The notes under the pieces: generated by a model
What the model was told of the DNA's origin: nothing
Seen by the model: the letters and a program-made list of their open reading frames with translations, nothing else
Databases searched by the model: none
In this document: positions 40,293 through 53,607 of the stretch, in pieces
How positions within the stretch are numbered: position 1 is the first letter of the stretch
How the letters are laid out: every line of letters starts with the position of its first letter
Made by a program: the position numbers and the translations under genes
Origin: Oopsacas minuta
Taxonomy: Eukaryota > Animalia > Porifera
Direction: 5' to 3'
Length of the DNA stretch: 64,000 nt
Assembly (NCBI GenBank): GCA_024704765.1
Contig: JAKMXF010000011.1
Span: forward strand, 186,001-250,000

Positions 40293-42588
40293 TGACCTAC
40301 CTTAAATAAGGCCTATGCACCAACTTTGTGAACTTGGACCATGGATTAAAGGAAGGGTATTAAATCAATGAACCTTAATTTTTATATATTATTTCCATAA
40401 TATTAGTAATGAATCTTATCACGATTTAGATGATTTTATAGATACTCTTTCAGTATATCTCCACAAAATAATGCATATTTTCTCACCTTATCACTCTTCC
40501 ATTTTGTCCAATTCATATTTGTCCTATCTATTTTCCACACTTAATTCAGGAACGGTCAAGAATTTTCCAGACGTTGCGGGGCCAAGATTTTATAATCCAA
40601 GGCAACTGCCCCGTTTACTCCCGTGGGACCGCCACTGACTTAAATTGTTTCTTTTGTTCAACTTAGACCTATTTTCTGCCCCTGGATGTAGGAGTAACTA
40701 TGACGGTGAACCACACACCGCCATTTTCAAGATGCCTAATGGTCCACCACAATGGAAACAATTTCTTCACAGAGAATGTGTTGAGGAAATTAAGAAGATT
40801 AACGTCTTGCAACATTGGGACTATTGTAATAGCACTCAAGTACAAACTTATTTCTTCGGCGTGTTACCATTATTTGCAATCTCTTGACTCACTTTCTCTT
40901 CCACATTACACAACACTTCAGCGTTTATAACAAGACTTGGTCTAGATAGTGATTATATTAATTTTTGGAAAAGGCTACCTCTGATTTCAGCTAAAGAGAA
41001 TGAAATGTGATTGTCCAAATGGACGTGAAGTCAGAATTCACTTATAAAGGAGGAAGTATCATAGGATCATCACAGAATATATCTGTGCCAGCCAAAAACT
41101 ATATTTGCTTTTATGGTTTCTAGCTTATCTAAAAGTGGTCAACCATCGTTCATCTACTACCATGTTCAAATATATCGGCAATGAATATATTCGCCTTTAT
41201 CAAGCAAGTGATAGAAGATATCGAGCGTTGTGGATTGTATGTTCGAGTTATATTGACCAGATAAATATCCTATGACCGTAAACATCTTCAAGATGTTTTC
41301 ACCAATGCATATTTTGAGCCAATTATTCACCAAATTCTTGATCCAAATAGAATTTTAATCTTAATATTCAATTTTGTGCATGAAATCAATTCCGAACAAC
41401 TGGCTAAACCAGAAAGATATGAATTGTACATTTTGTTTTCCGAGCTTTGAAGATTTTTCCTAATTGTTCCTGCCTCTTTTGAAAAAATTAGAGTTACGTA
41501 CAAAGCTGATCAAAGGTCTCTAGCAAATTGGCTCCCCGCTTAACAGCAAAGGCATGTTAGCCTTCGAGTTTTAGAGCGGAAGAATGTCTAATTAGCATTG
41601 TGGGTTTTTGATCATTCTACTGCATCAGCCCTCAAAGTTTGTTGTTCAGAAACTCATTCGGACTCTCATTAGCAGACAGCTGAACTTATCACTATTATTT
41701 GTGATATCTGGAAAATGTTTAATTATAACAACTCTTATAAGGGTATTCGCCTGAATGACGAATTGTCTCATCCTTTCGTCTTGAATGGCCCAAGTCTCAA
41801 ATATCTGTCAAGAGTTATTGAATGGCTTGATAAATGAAAAAACTTGCCTCCAAAAACAGGAAAACTTACCGCAGAAACTTTTACAAGCTGTTTTGGAATC
41901 ACTTGACTCGGGTTACACATTCTTACAATTAATTGATCGAGGTTAACAGAAAAGGCCATCTACTTGTCTAATCGAAGTTATTGTTTACTTATGGAAGATT
42001 TGTAAATCGATTGAAGATCGCCCTCCACTTTATTAAAGAGGTTGTCAAGGGAATATCTAGGCAATATATAGTGAAAATTAGGCTAAAAATATTGAAGAAG
42101 AGGAGAGTCAAAGCTGGAGGGATAGTTGTCCTATTTGTGATACACCTGGTTGGGATATCCTAGAAAAGTTAATCACATCAGCCACTAGCTGCTTCCTCTC
42201 TAATTTAATAAAGAACATGAATTCTATATATAGACTTCATCCTGAAATACAAGGAAATTGAAGAAATTTAAATGTACTTGAATGGAGGAAGTTGGGGACC
42301 ACTGTTAGTAGATTTTGATTGTGCATTTGCTATGTCCTTGTTAAGTACCATCGTACTATTCACACCCGTTATTAACATTCTTAATTTACCTACCCAGATT
42401 TGTATAGCATTTTCCTACCTTAGTATATTCATAATTATAAGTATTTTACTTTCCACCATCTTTTCTAAATCATTGAACATAAATTAAAAATCATATCTGA
42501 CCCAATATAAATTTTGGACAATAGCCTTCCTTTAATCCATGGTTCAAGGTCACAAAGTTGGTGCATAGGCATTTTTTAACGTAGGTCA
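40293..42588 (+). mobile_element. THAP/P-element-type transposase relic inside a ~70-bp inverted-repeat pair
   Basis: SAPGCRSNYDGEPHTAIFKMP..WKQFLHR (THAP-like), ACYHYLQSLDSLSLPHYTTLQRL and IFAFMVSSL. The inverted repeat tgacctac..gcctatgcaccaactttgtga..ccatggattaaaggaagg occurs at both ends. Confidence 0.7.
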
Positions 42589-43031
42589 TTATTCAGTACA
42601 AATCTCGATGGTCCTTGGTGTACTTACTAACGAGGTCCTACCGTATTGTGGCAAGTAGGTAAAGTGAGTACAGCTTATAAGGGAATATCGAATATAGGAA
42701 CCATCCTTTCTAAAATGCTCTAGTAGCAAAATTGTACTGGGCATAAGAACGTTTTGGCTATTAGAAACTATTTTTATACACTTTTCGCATAAGCGATAAC
42801 CAATATATACTACTTATTTGGCCCAAGAAATGGGTAGAAGACAAGTATTTGATGCACCAATACATTTTGCTTCCGAGCTGCATGTAATAAATACAAAATT
42901 ACAGTTGAAATTAGTTGCCAAGCATTTTGTGTTGAACCAGAGGCGGCGCTAGCGCTGCAGCCTCAGGGATCGAATGGGCAAACCTCATAATTGTAAATAT
43001 AAAATTTCAAATTCAGTACCAAAGTATATAA

Positions 43032-43119
43032 TTGTACTAACAAAATATAGTTAAATACTCAATTTATTTACTTGTATTAACAAAATATAGTTAAATACTC
43101 TGTTTATTTACTTGTACTA
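43032..43119. repeat. 40-bp tandem duplication
   Basis: ttgtactaacaaaatatagttaaatactcaatttatttac, then a near-identical copy and a partial third. Confidence 0.85.
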
Positions 43120-45631
43120 GGTTCCTATAGTAGTATGCAGTGCGGTATCTCTGCAGAAACGGTTGATAATAGTCTCCCGATCCAAGGCGTATGGCATTTG
43201 CGGATTGACATTAAGGACTCCGATATCAGACAATCGGGTGCTACCCACGTTGAGAGAGGAAGTTCTTTATCCTCTTCATCGCACTAAAGGACCATTCTGC
43301 TTGAGCAGAGGTGACCGGAATAGTGACAGAGATGTGCAAGACCTTATTCATCACGCTGAGGACGCGTTTGTGGGGCTCAATGAAGTTGAGCATTCCCATC
43401 AAGTCTGGGGGAAGATCGTCGGCTCCATTCTCGAACGTAATGCGCAGTAGGTCGATTTCTGTCTGCACGACGTTACGTTTCTTTGCCACGCCATTAAAGT
43501 CACGCATCAGCTATATTGCTCAACGTTGAGAAACGATTCCTTTTTGGGCGTCAATACGGATATGCCGCTGTAGACAGCCAAATTTTCTTTCGATAGAAAT
43601 CTCCTCTGCGACTCTGCGAAAGTCGCGCTGCACATGGGAACAAATGCCTCTCTGCGATAGTCTTCAGATGACTTCAACCCAGCAGGGCAATCATGAACTG
43701 CGCGAACTTGGCGCACATGGTCCTGAGGAAGATCCCCAGCCTGTACAATATCCGCCGCCTGCTTGTAGATATCCTCCCATACTTTGTCCGCCAAATGGAA
43801 TCTGAGGCCTCTCCAGGCATGAACAGAATGTTTTGATGGCTTGTAGGGCCTTCATTAGAGTATCGCTCTTCCGTTGGAGTTTCGCACTAGAATCGGCACA
43901 AATTTTTAGTAGGAAATTGAGTATACACAAGTGGACCACGAAACTGGTATTGAGCTACGTTATCATTCTCCGCGCAGTAGCGCTGCGTTCTCCAGAAACT
44001 TCAATGAGGTCCTCTAGAACATCGATAACTGCTGGAAGAGTGGCCGAGAGTCTCACAGGCATCGTGGCGACACACCCAACGCGTTTCTGAAAGAGAGGGT
44101 ATCTCGCGAGGTTGGGAATCAGGAAAGCAGGAGTCTGAGCCTTGACATACAGTTTGTGGACAATCGGTGATGAGAGGAAGTTGTGCCACGACTGCAGCAG
44201 TGTGGAGAGGTCTTCCGCCCTGGCTGTATCGTGCACAACATCGAGGATGACAAAGTTCAATCTATGGGCAAAACAATGTACATTAATGGCTTTGGGCAGA
44301 GCTCACTGAATCGCGCCTGGACTCCAGCGCATCGTCCACTCATCACAGCTGCACCATCGAAGCACTGAGCGATACAACCAAGAAGATTAATTTTACAACC
44401 ACGAAGACTTGTTAGCAGAGTTTTGCACAAACCAACAGCGGAGAGACTCCACAAGCTGCGAAACCAAGAACGGACTCTTTGATGACGTTCTTCCCGTGGA
44501 TCTCATCCTCTTGCACAATGCATCTCAACACCAGTGACATCTGCTCCTTGTGGCTAGTAGCACGAGATTCATCAACTATGATGGCGTAATAACTTCCATT
44601 CGTTTCAGCAGCTATCTGCTCCCTGATTAAGTCGGCGGCAACATGGATAACATTGTCCTGGTTGCTTTGGTGCGCATATTTCGCGTTTTGTGGTCCCTCC
44701 TGCAACTTCCTAGCAATAATAGGGTCATACTGAGCTACTAGAACTAGGATCTCCAAGAAATTTCCCCTGTTGGCGTGAGAGGGCTCCTCGTCAGACTCAC
44801 GATGACCTCGGAGAGCGATAGCCTGCTTACAGCATAATGATACAACCTCCACAACTGCTCCGATGTAGTGACCCTTTTATGTTTTCATTCTGGTCACTCA
44901 GCGTAGCTGTGACATTCCTCGTGTCGTCCACTTTCCACTTCATACAGGCCACCACTGCGTGCTTGTGTATCTCCGAACAGTTGTGCTCGGTAAACTTCTC
45001 AACGGCCTTCTTCCAATTGATAAATCCTGTCGTACACCAAGTTGATCTCACATTGCCCTGGCCAAAATGTCTCAAGCATAACAGAACGCAGAGTCACGTA
45101 TTTGAGAATACTCGAGCAACACCGAATCCTTAAACCATTCTTTCCGAAACCTGCGCTCGTTCGTGTCTACTGGGTACTTAAGGAGCTCCACTTGCGTGGG
45201 CTCCTCTCTGGCTGTCTTGGATATGTCATTTGGCACACTACTTGGGTCTATTATAACAACCTGAACATAGTTGATTGGATCGCTTGAGCCTGTAGTCACA
45301 CGAGATCTCTTGGAAAAGAAGATGTGAGTGGATTCCTAACGCTTAGACATGATTTTTTGTATTAGGGAGAAAAGAGCACTGACTAATGAATAGCTTGCAA
45401 GGATCATTAATTATACAGATGAATATTAGGCCGGATCGAGAAAAGTTTAAACTTCGGTTCAACTTCTACCTAAGAGAAAGTTGCCTTTACCATTTTCTAA
45501 GAACATGCGAAACTTAAATTTGGAAAATATTTCGATTTGACCCTTGCGGTTTTATACTTTTGCTGCATCACTTTCGAAAAATTGATTTTATATTGTCCGA
45601 ATTTTCAAATTCCTTTGACTTAGCCACTTTA

Positions 45632-46966
45632 CTAGGGCGTTCAATAAGTCTTGCGGGTGGTATCATTGAATATGATACAAACACTATACACACTAATTGA
45701 CCATATTATTTACTCAAAGTAATCCCCTCCTGCAGATACACAAAGTTTTAACCTTTCCACCCACTTGTAAAACACATTTCTGTACTCTTCTTCGGGGATG
45801 GATTTGAAGTACTGGTACAGGCCCGTTCCGAGTGCTTGTAATGTGTGTTAAAATCTTTGCCTTGAAGGTAGATTTTAAGCTTGGGGAACACCCAAAATTC
45901 ACACGGAGCTAGGTCTGGTGAGTATAGTGGATGGGGCAGTAATTCTAACCCTTCTACATCCAAGAAATTTTGTTAAGCTTAGCTGTGTGGGAACTGGCAT
46001 TATCAATTGAAATCTTAATTCCTCGAGTTCCGGTTTTCGGGCGGTATTTTTCTATATTTTTATCAAATTTGGAAGCACTTGCTCTGTAAAGAAAGTAGCA
46101 GTAACAGCCTTGCCACTCTCACAAGGTAATTGCAAGATAATTCCAGGACTACTGAAGAAGATGGTATGCATAATCTTAGGTTTTCTGAAGTCGGACCTAG
46201 GAATTTTCGCCGGTTGTTCGTCGTCCCTCACCCATGATCGCTTCTTATACTTGCTATATGGTGTTTAATAGTACACCCACGTCTCGTCACCAGTAATAAT
46301 CTCTGTTAGGCGTCTAGAATCGCAGTTCTCATAAGTTTCCAAGAGTTTCTTGGCAATTTTCAGTCGTACCAACCTTTGATTCTCACTGAGCTTATGCAGG
46401 AGCCATTTCCCACAAATCAATCGGTAGCCAAGCTCAGTCGTCAGAATTGTATGAATAGCTCCCGATGAAATCTCTCTACTTTGTTCTAACTGGTTAACAG
46501 TAATGCACTTGTCTTCCATGACCATACTTTCAATGAGTGCGATATTCTCTGAAGTGGTGGTGGATACCGGTCTTCTAGATCGAGGCAAATCTGTGACATC
46601 AGCATCACCAGATCTAAAAAGGGCAGCCCATCGCTCTACAGTAGATCTGGAAGGGCAATCCATGCACAATATCTCCTGTAACTCGCTGAAGATCTGTACG
46701 GACTGGATCTTGAGTATTGTGCGAAACTCTATGTAAGCTCGCCATTTGAGGTTGAAATTATCATTCTTTGAAGCCATAAATTCAACAGTGGGTATAAATT
46801 GACTACACGTAACTATCTCAAAAATTCATAATTTGTATTGAATAAGCTTGAAACTTTCAGTATATGGAGTTTAACTATATGGGCTTATAATATATGAAAG
46901 TTAGATATATTACTTGACTAATTCCTAAGATATATCATGACCCGCAAGACTTATTGAGCGCCCTGA
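45632..46966 (-). mobile_element. Mariner element (~1335 bp) nested in the left TIR of the 45427-49603 element
   Basis: TIR CTAGGGCGTTCAATAAGTCTTGCGGGT with TA flanks. The 170-aa ORF ends at GDETWVYY*, and HPLYSPDLAPCEFWVFPKLK lies downstream. Confidence 0.94.
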
Positions 46967-49208
46967 TATATATATTTTTTGGTAGTAGTAAGTCGTATAT
47001 TTGCCATTGAATGGTGTATTAATCGAATTTCTATGTCCATGGATACTCAAGTTATCAAGATTATTTTGCATATTCTATCATACCCTAATAATATTACCCA
47101 CCCCCCTTTTTTCCGATTATTTGAAAATTACTAGCTTTTTTATCTATCGTAGTATATGATTCAATTATGTTATATCAAGTATATTTAGCATGCATAATCT
47201 TTCTTTGATTCAAATGCGGGTATTTTTCTCTTGATGTTAGGGTTGAAAGAATTAATCTATGACTCGTATCTTCTCCTGTTACTGAACACGAACTTTTAGT
47301 GACTAATTGAATAGTCTTTTCAACAGCTGGTGTATGCATGAATATGCTGGAATTTCTAGTGGAGCACGTACACAATTAATTAGTACTTCTTTTGAGAGGT
47401 ATCTTGTAAAAGGCGGTTCTGTGATAAAAGAGGTTTCCCAATCAATCATATCCACCTATGTTTCAGCATTGAACCTTATTGAAGAAAGATTAAATGGGCG
47501 AATTTCAATCAGTCTAAATGATGAACCGTTAATTCGGATATCTAAAATAGTCTTCACAGCCTTTTGCCTAATTTGTTCATCATTATCTGCAAGAATCGAT
47601 AACAGGAGATTTTCTGGATGACAAAAATATGAGTTTCTCTGTATCACATCGCAAATTACTTCTTGGTCAGACTCCGATAGCTCTCGCAGCAAAGATATCG
47701 CAAAATACATATTTTTAGGTCCATCTGTGCAAATCGGGTTACTCTTGATTCTAAACCAAACTGGTGCATAATAATTGACAATAAAATTGACAAGTTGGGA
47801 TAATTCAGGTGTGGGATGTATCGTAGAAATGTACGACCTAAGTAATCTGTTGGCCAGTGTTGTCCATCTAGCATGATGTAAAGGACCAGGTTGCATCGAT
47901 GCCAGTTCAGATGAGCAAATACCAGTCTGAACTGCATGGCAGATATTATATAGATATTTCTGATCTTTATTTAAATTCTTGAGACTATCGGAATCAATAA
48001 GTTGAGTTTTACCGCATAAAGGGTGATACGCTGCAATTGGTTTGCAAGTAAAATCACAATTAAGTTCTTTACCAATTACTCCTTTAAAAGAATTGGGTCT
48101 ACTGGTTTTTCCATCTACTATTTGAAAGAGATGCCTCAATGGAAGTTCATCCATTAAATTTTAATTACGCTCCCTGCAAAGATCAGTCAATTCCCTTGCT
48201 ATATCTTTGGCTTTACCAGAACTTGGTGTTACATGGGCAACATACTGATTCCCCGGTTCAGATAAGACTGTATAATGTTCTTCATTTGCAGTATCCTGAT
48301 GCAAATGTCCATCTTCTCTTTCTACCAGTACTCGAGTTTGATCTTTACGGCCATCAAAATATATTGCAGATATATCATTGATAGTTTCGTGAGCCTCATT
48401 AGCCAATTCCTTTCTCACAGAGAATCTAGATCTACGAGTTTTATCTATCAATAATTTGACTATCTTCTTCCGGTGTGATAATACCGTAATCTTGCAGTAC
48501 TGCGTTAGCTATAGCTGCGCCTGCCCGATCGCTAATTTGATATCTATCACACATTATGGCTAAATTTCGTAATTGATTATGATTACGTGTTACTTGTGAG
48601 TATTAGATGTACTCGATATAGTGGGTATGGAAGCCAAATTGTAGATACACACTAATACTTCAGTTAATTCCTTCGCTATATAGTCTCAAGTTGATTTAGA
48701 ATCTTCATTTCTGAGGATTCTACAATGATTGTATAGATCTAGTTTTGTTGGAAGTTGATTGTCTGGAATAGGTCCTGGATAGCCAAAAATAGGATGAAAT
48801 ACTTTACTACGCGTGTTTCTGCCATTTCAAAAATAAATAAATTTTAAGAATATAATCACTCAATAATATGAATGATTTGATTGAGTATTGATATAGATAC
48901 CATAATTGACCATAAATTCCATGCTAGATAAATGGTAACTAAGTTAAGAACAAGAGATAAGGGATGTTGGGAAAATTTCTTTGTGGTAACCTATTGATGA
49001 ATTTGGATCTAGATAAAGAAATATACTAAGTTTGGTGATTGTATAGCTAGTTTTACTAAGAATATAGAATTTTCAAATAATCGGAAAAGGGGGGTGGGTA
49101 ATATTATTAGGGTATGATAGAATATGCAAAAAAAATTGATAACTTGAGTATCCTTGGAAATAGAAATTCGATTAATACAGCATTCAATAGCAAATATACG
49201 ATTTACTA

Positions 49209-49377
49209 CAGTAGAACTCGGATAAGACGTACCCCCTCGGGAAACAGAAATTAGTACGTCTTATCCGAATATGTTTGCATTACAAATAATGATGACTGAT
49301 ATTTTGGGATATAAGAAATAGTACGTCTTAACCGAGTGTACGTCTTAAGCCGAGTACGTCTTATCCGAGTTCTACTG
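49209..49377. mobile_element. pogo/Tigger-type MITE (169 bp) nested in the right TIR of the 45427-49603 element
   Basis: TA|CAGTAGAACTCGGATAAGACGTAC...GTACGTCTTATCCGAGTTCTACTG|TA, with internal gtacgtctta repeats. Confidence 0.93.
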
Positions 49378-49940
49378 TATTACCAAATAATATATATAAA
49401 GGGGCTAAGTCAAAGGAATTTGAAAATTCGGACATATATAATCAATTTTGCGAAAGTGACACAGCAAAAATATAAAACCGCAAGGATCAAAATCGAAATA
49501 TTTTTCAAATTTAAGTCTCGCATTTTCCTAGACAATGGTAAAGGCAACTTTTCCCTTAGGTAGAAGTTGAACCGATAATTCATACTTTTCTCGATCCGGC
49601 CTAATGAATATAATTAAATCTGAAAGTGTTGCCTATTTATATAGTTTCATATATCGAATGTTTGGAATACATACAATTTGTGACATTACAATTCGTCAAT
49701 CTGGTTTTCGAGTGATTAGTTTACGGATTCTCGCCCCCCTACAAGGGGGCAAAGTAAAGGTCTGGGGGCGCGCGGCACCTCCCCGCGCCTCCCCCCTCAC
49801 GCCGCCACTGAGTTGAGCTCTCAGTTATGATAGTGAATTAGTAAATCTAATCATCTTCCAATGAATTAATTGAATTGTAAAGGGCGGTGTGCCAACTCAA
49901 ATGAGTTGATACAGACTGCAACAACACATTTTAAACATAC

Positions 49941-50113
49941 CATTAATATAATTTCGATTGATAAGTTCAGTAGTATATTTCTTGAGTACAGGGAGATGTT
50001 TTTCAATTCTTTGGTACATAATAGGTTGAGTGAATTTAGGATTATCGATTTCATTGTGGCCATTGCGTCTATAGCCAACAAGATCAACCACAACATCCTG
50101 AGAAAATGTAGAT
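49941..50113 (-). CDS. OGDH: OGDH exon (third in window)
   Basis: Bounded by ttctag|ATCT and AATG|gtatgt; 173 nt, phase 2/1. Translates as (R)[57 protein letters not shown](G), containing the YRRNGHNE motif. Confidence 0.96.
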
Positions 50114-52831
50114 CTAGAAGAAAAGTACAGGAGAGAGTAATTCAGGTCAGTTAATTGTGGATAATTATAAAAGGTTGGAGATGTGTGAAAGTAGGGGCAT
50201 TGTTAGGATTTTCTTCCGGTGCAACAATGGTAGATCCAGGTATTTTGGTGGAAGAATAACCATGAAGCAAGGGATCTATTGGCGCTGTAACCCCCTGTGT
50301 GGTCGACAGGCGTTAATAGATATCTTCGTTTCTTTTCTACTGTAATGTGTTTGGAAAATTTTAACCCACTATCTGCACTGGGTATATGAATGTTTTGAAC
50401 AAATATTGTTGTGCATATTTGTTCAAAAGATTCATATACAGAATGCATTCAGCGAAAGAATTATGATATATGTTTGTGTTTCAAATTGCGTAAAAGTATT
50501 TTAAGGAAATTATGTGTGGTGGTAGTCATTACAATTGTACGTGAATAAGTTAGAACACAAGGACATTAATTCCGTAATGGGATACAACAGGGTCCCATCT
50601 AGAGTTAGGTAACCGGTGCACCTTAAGTGTCCATAAAGCTAATTTCCAGCACCTATAAAATTCCCGAAATCACGTACATCAAGAGGTGTCATTTAGGAGA
50701 GATACTAACTCATTGGTCACTTCAATAAAAAAGAGATGTTAGACATACCCACCAAACGACATTCACCAAATATCCAATGATTGCCGAAAAACGTACTTAG
50801 GACCCCTTCAGCATTCAAAACCTGCACTTTATAGTATCTCGACACTCGGCATCGGGTATTAAGAATTCAAAATTTTGAAATTCGGATGTGTACACTTTGC
50901 AATCATGATGACGTAAGAATTTGATGATGAGGATCCATTTGGTCAAAGTCATGAAGTCAGGGGATTTGGGATATTGAGAGGTATATGCAATAAAATTCAA
51001 AAAATCAATATAAGCCCCGTTGGCCATGGTTTTTGGAGGTTCGGAAGTCCATTTTTTAAATTGAGAGAGTTTTGCACGCTCAGTTTGATGGAGAATAACT
51101 TCCAAAAAGCAAGTAAAAAGTCTCTCTTATTTATATCTAATAATTCAAAAAGTAATGGTTGGCTAAAGGTTTTCCAACCTACTGGGTGAGAGTAAGTGGT
51201 AACATTTGTAACAATTCGTTTTCGAATTTATTACGATAGTACCAGTAATCGGTTAAATATAGAACAATTCAAGCAAATGACTCGACCGCTATTTCGAAAC
51301 TTCAAAGGCCCTCCTTATTTGTTTGTAGTCTTTTCAGGCTCCTCTGGCCACCGTATCGATGACGCACTACACAAGATAACCCTGATTTAGGGCCCCTGAT
51401 AATGAATACTATTCCGGTAAAATAAAACACCAAGATGTGTTGACTATTAGAATATTCATCTTACTTGTCTCCCCAACTGTACTGGCAGAACACCGCCGCC
51501 TCCAGCACCCAAGAGGTCCCTGAGCCCCATTATTTGCTATTGGCCATGTTTGTTCGTTTCTAAAAATAAACCGAGTGACAAAGGGTCAAATTCTTTTAAG
51601 ACTGGGTATCAAGCCTCTCAAAATGGACACTGCGATTCGTCACGCCTGTGGGTCCGAATTTTGGTTAGTTACGCTACTGGTGGGGCAGTATTTAATCCCC
51701 CTGTGCGGAATTTTGTTGCAGTATGCCACTGGGAAAAAGTCCGGAATTAAGCCCTCCAATAGAGGATTAAACCATTCGGACTTGGCCTCATGCCTGAATT
51801 TATTTAATTATTTATTTATTGTCTGCACTGGTTAACCGAACTATAGGGTCGTCAAAACATATTCGATTATAGGGGTTAACCGGTTAACTACTAAAAATAT
51901 TCTCTATCACAACCAATGATGTTTTTGATTAAAATTGAAAATATCAATGCATAGCAATTATATGCAATCATTAAGCGATTGAATCTTTCAAAACGATTGA
52001 AATATGAGAATAATTACGTAAAATGTAACATCTCATAAACTCCGCATTGGTTAATTCTTAGGTTGGGTTTACGAACTCTGATTTGTTCATTGCCGAGATA
52101 AATATTAGTTTTGACTTGTCAATTACCCTACTTGCATTCATCCCCAGACATGTGTTATTTAAATGCAAGTGTTACAATTTTAATTAGTATTTTCAATTGA
52201 GGTAATATGGCAAGTGTTATCGAATATAACAAGAGTACTTACACTGGTGTTTCTGAGCATTTATAGTTATACTTATTGATAATTATTCTTCAGTTATAAT
52301 AGGTTTTTGTCCCAGGTTCGATGTTATACTAGAAATTTAATTTAGCAGAGGGAATTAACTTTAGCAATTCCAGAAATATAGAAAACTCCTTTCATATTAA
52401 GACTAGTTAGTAGGATATATGTTATAGATTAGATTTGTTAGTAAACACAATAAATTGTATCCAAAATTCGCTAAAATAAATATTTGGGGCTCACATATGT
52501 TTACCCACCCTGACCAAATTGAGTTCTGACGCCTTTTACCCTCACATGCCTAAATCTGGCACTGAGAGCGATAAATAATACAATTATTTGCATTTTAAAT
52601 CTTCTAAATCAGGCCATTGGCAAATAATGGCCAATAATGAATTCATAGTTTTATCACGCTTATTGTATCACACGTGGAGCGGAACTTCGGGTTACTCCCG
52701 AAGAGGAGCCAAAGGCACGCTCATTAAATAGGTCTGAGTACAACGCTAATGCCAATTCAATCCTTATTGGAACCTTCAGTACACAGCATTACATAAGCAA
52801 TATTATAAAGATTGTTCAAAGAATGAGATAC

Positions 52832-52954
52832 CTCCATTTTGAAGCTACTTTGCAAGCATGAATTACTGCCTCTGGATTATCAGCATTTACATGAAAAATT
52901 GGAGCCTCAACTACTTTTGCAACATCCGTAGAGTATAAAGTTGAACGAGCAAAT
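52832..52954 (-). CDS. OGDH: OGDH exon (second in window)
   Basis: Bounded by tacag|ATTT and TGGAG|gtatc; 123 nt, phase 2/2. Translates as (R)[40 protein letters not shown](R) and continues the previous exon in frame. Confidence 0.96.
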
Positions 52955-53607
52955 CTGTAAATAGAAGGGTGTATATATTAATGTGGATTCCAAAATAACA
53001 AACTACCTTTCGATTTAATGCAAATGGAATTATAAACATTGGATTCCAAAATACTAAGAACATAGGCTACCGAATATATATAGTATGAGTTCATCTAAAT
53101 TTTAGAAGATGTGAAATTATATGATATCGAGGAACAAATTGGCCACTAAATAGTGTATTTCAAGGAAATTCGGTATTAAACTCTCAAGTCGAAAAACTTT
53201 CATATCAATATTGAACATTCCTGCATTATTGGTTACTTACTAATTAGAATAACATAAATGATTGCATTAGAAAGATTAACATGCAATCAAATAGTATATA
53301 AAAATTAATAAATATGAGTATAATGTATTATAGAAAAAATATATAGCTTTCTGTACATATTTTGGAATTCTTAAAACTACATAAAGTAAACTATCTTTAA
53401 TACGAAATACTCGGGACCTCGGTTTAATTTAGTTCTAAGGAGAGGTAAACAATTACTTTCAAGGTATTTGGGATAAAGAATCTTTATCATAACGAGAGTT
53501 TCGTAAAAACTGATTTGGTTATAACGGGGGTTTAGTGTACTGCAAATTTGAAATAAATTTAGGAAAAAATTGAAATGAATAAACAATTACAATATCATAC
53601 GTAATGG

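Larger units (their letters stand above)
45427..49603 (-). mobile_element. hAT-superfamily element (hATm-like) with very long TIRs
   Basis: Perfect 8-bp TSD ATGAATAT at 45419-26 and 49604-11; termini TAGGCCGGATCGAG. ORFs contain IYFDGRKD..EEHYTVLSEPG, NELPLRHLF (read as DELPLRHLF), PGPLHHARW and FCHPENLLL. The subfamily label is from motif recall. Confidence 0.9.
42938..49810 (-). mobile_element. hAT element (ZMYM1-like class), GC-rich coding part 43240-45350, carrying nested elements
   Basis: TIRs CAGAGGCGGCG/CGCCGCCACTG; flanks tgttgaac/agttgagc match 6/8 as a TSD. Fragments ALRGHRES..NRGNFLEIL, AIIVDES..KEQMSLVLR, QCFDGAAVMSG, SETRWVCR and IPVTSAQAEWSFSAMKRIK. Confidence 0.88.

Noticed and set aside
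50097-50100. Alternative OGDH acceptor tctcag|GAT
   Set aside because: It is phase 0 while the upstream exon ends in phase 2. The acceptor 16 nt upstream (50114) keeps the frame and restores RSTFSQ, matching human RSTFHK.
50200-50450. THAP fragment (ICSKH) on the minus strand
   Set aside because: One short motif only, too weak to list as a feature.
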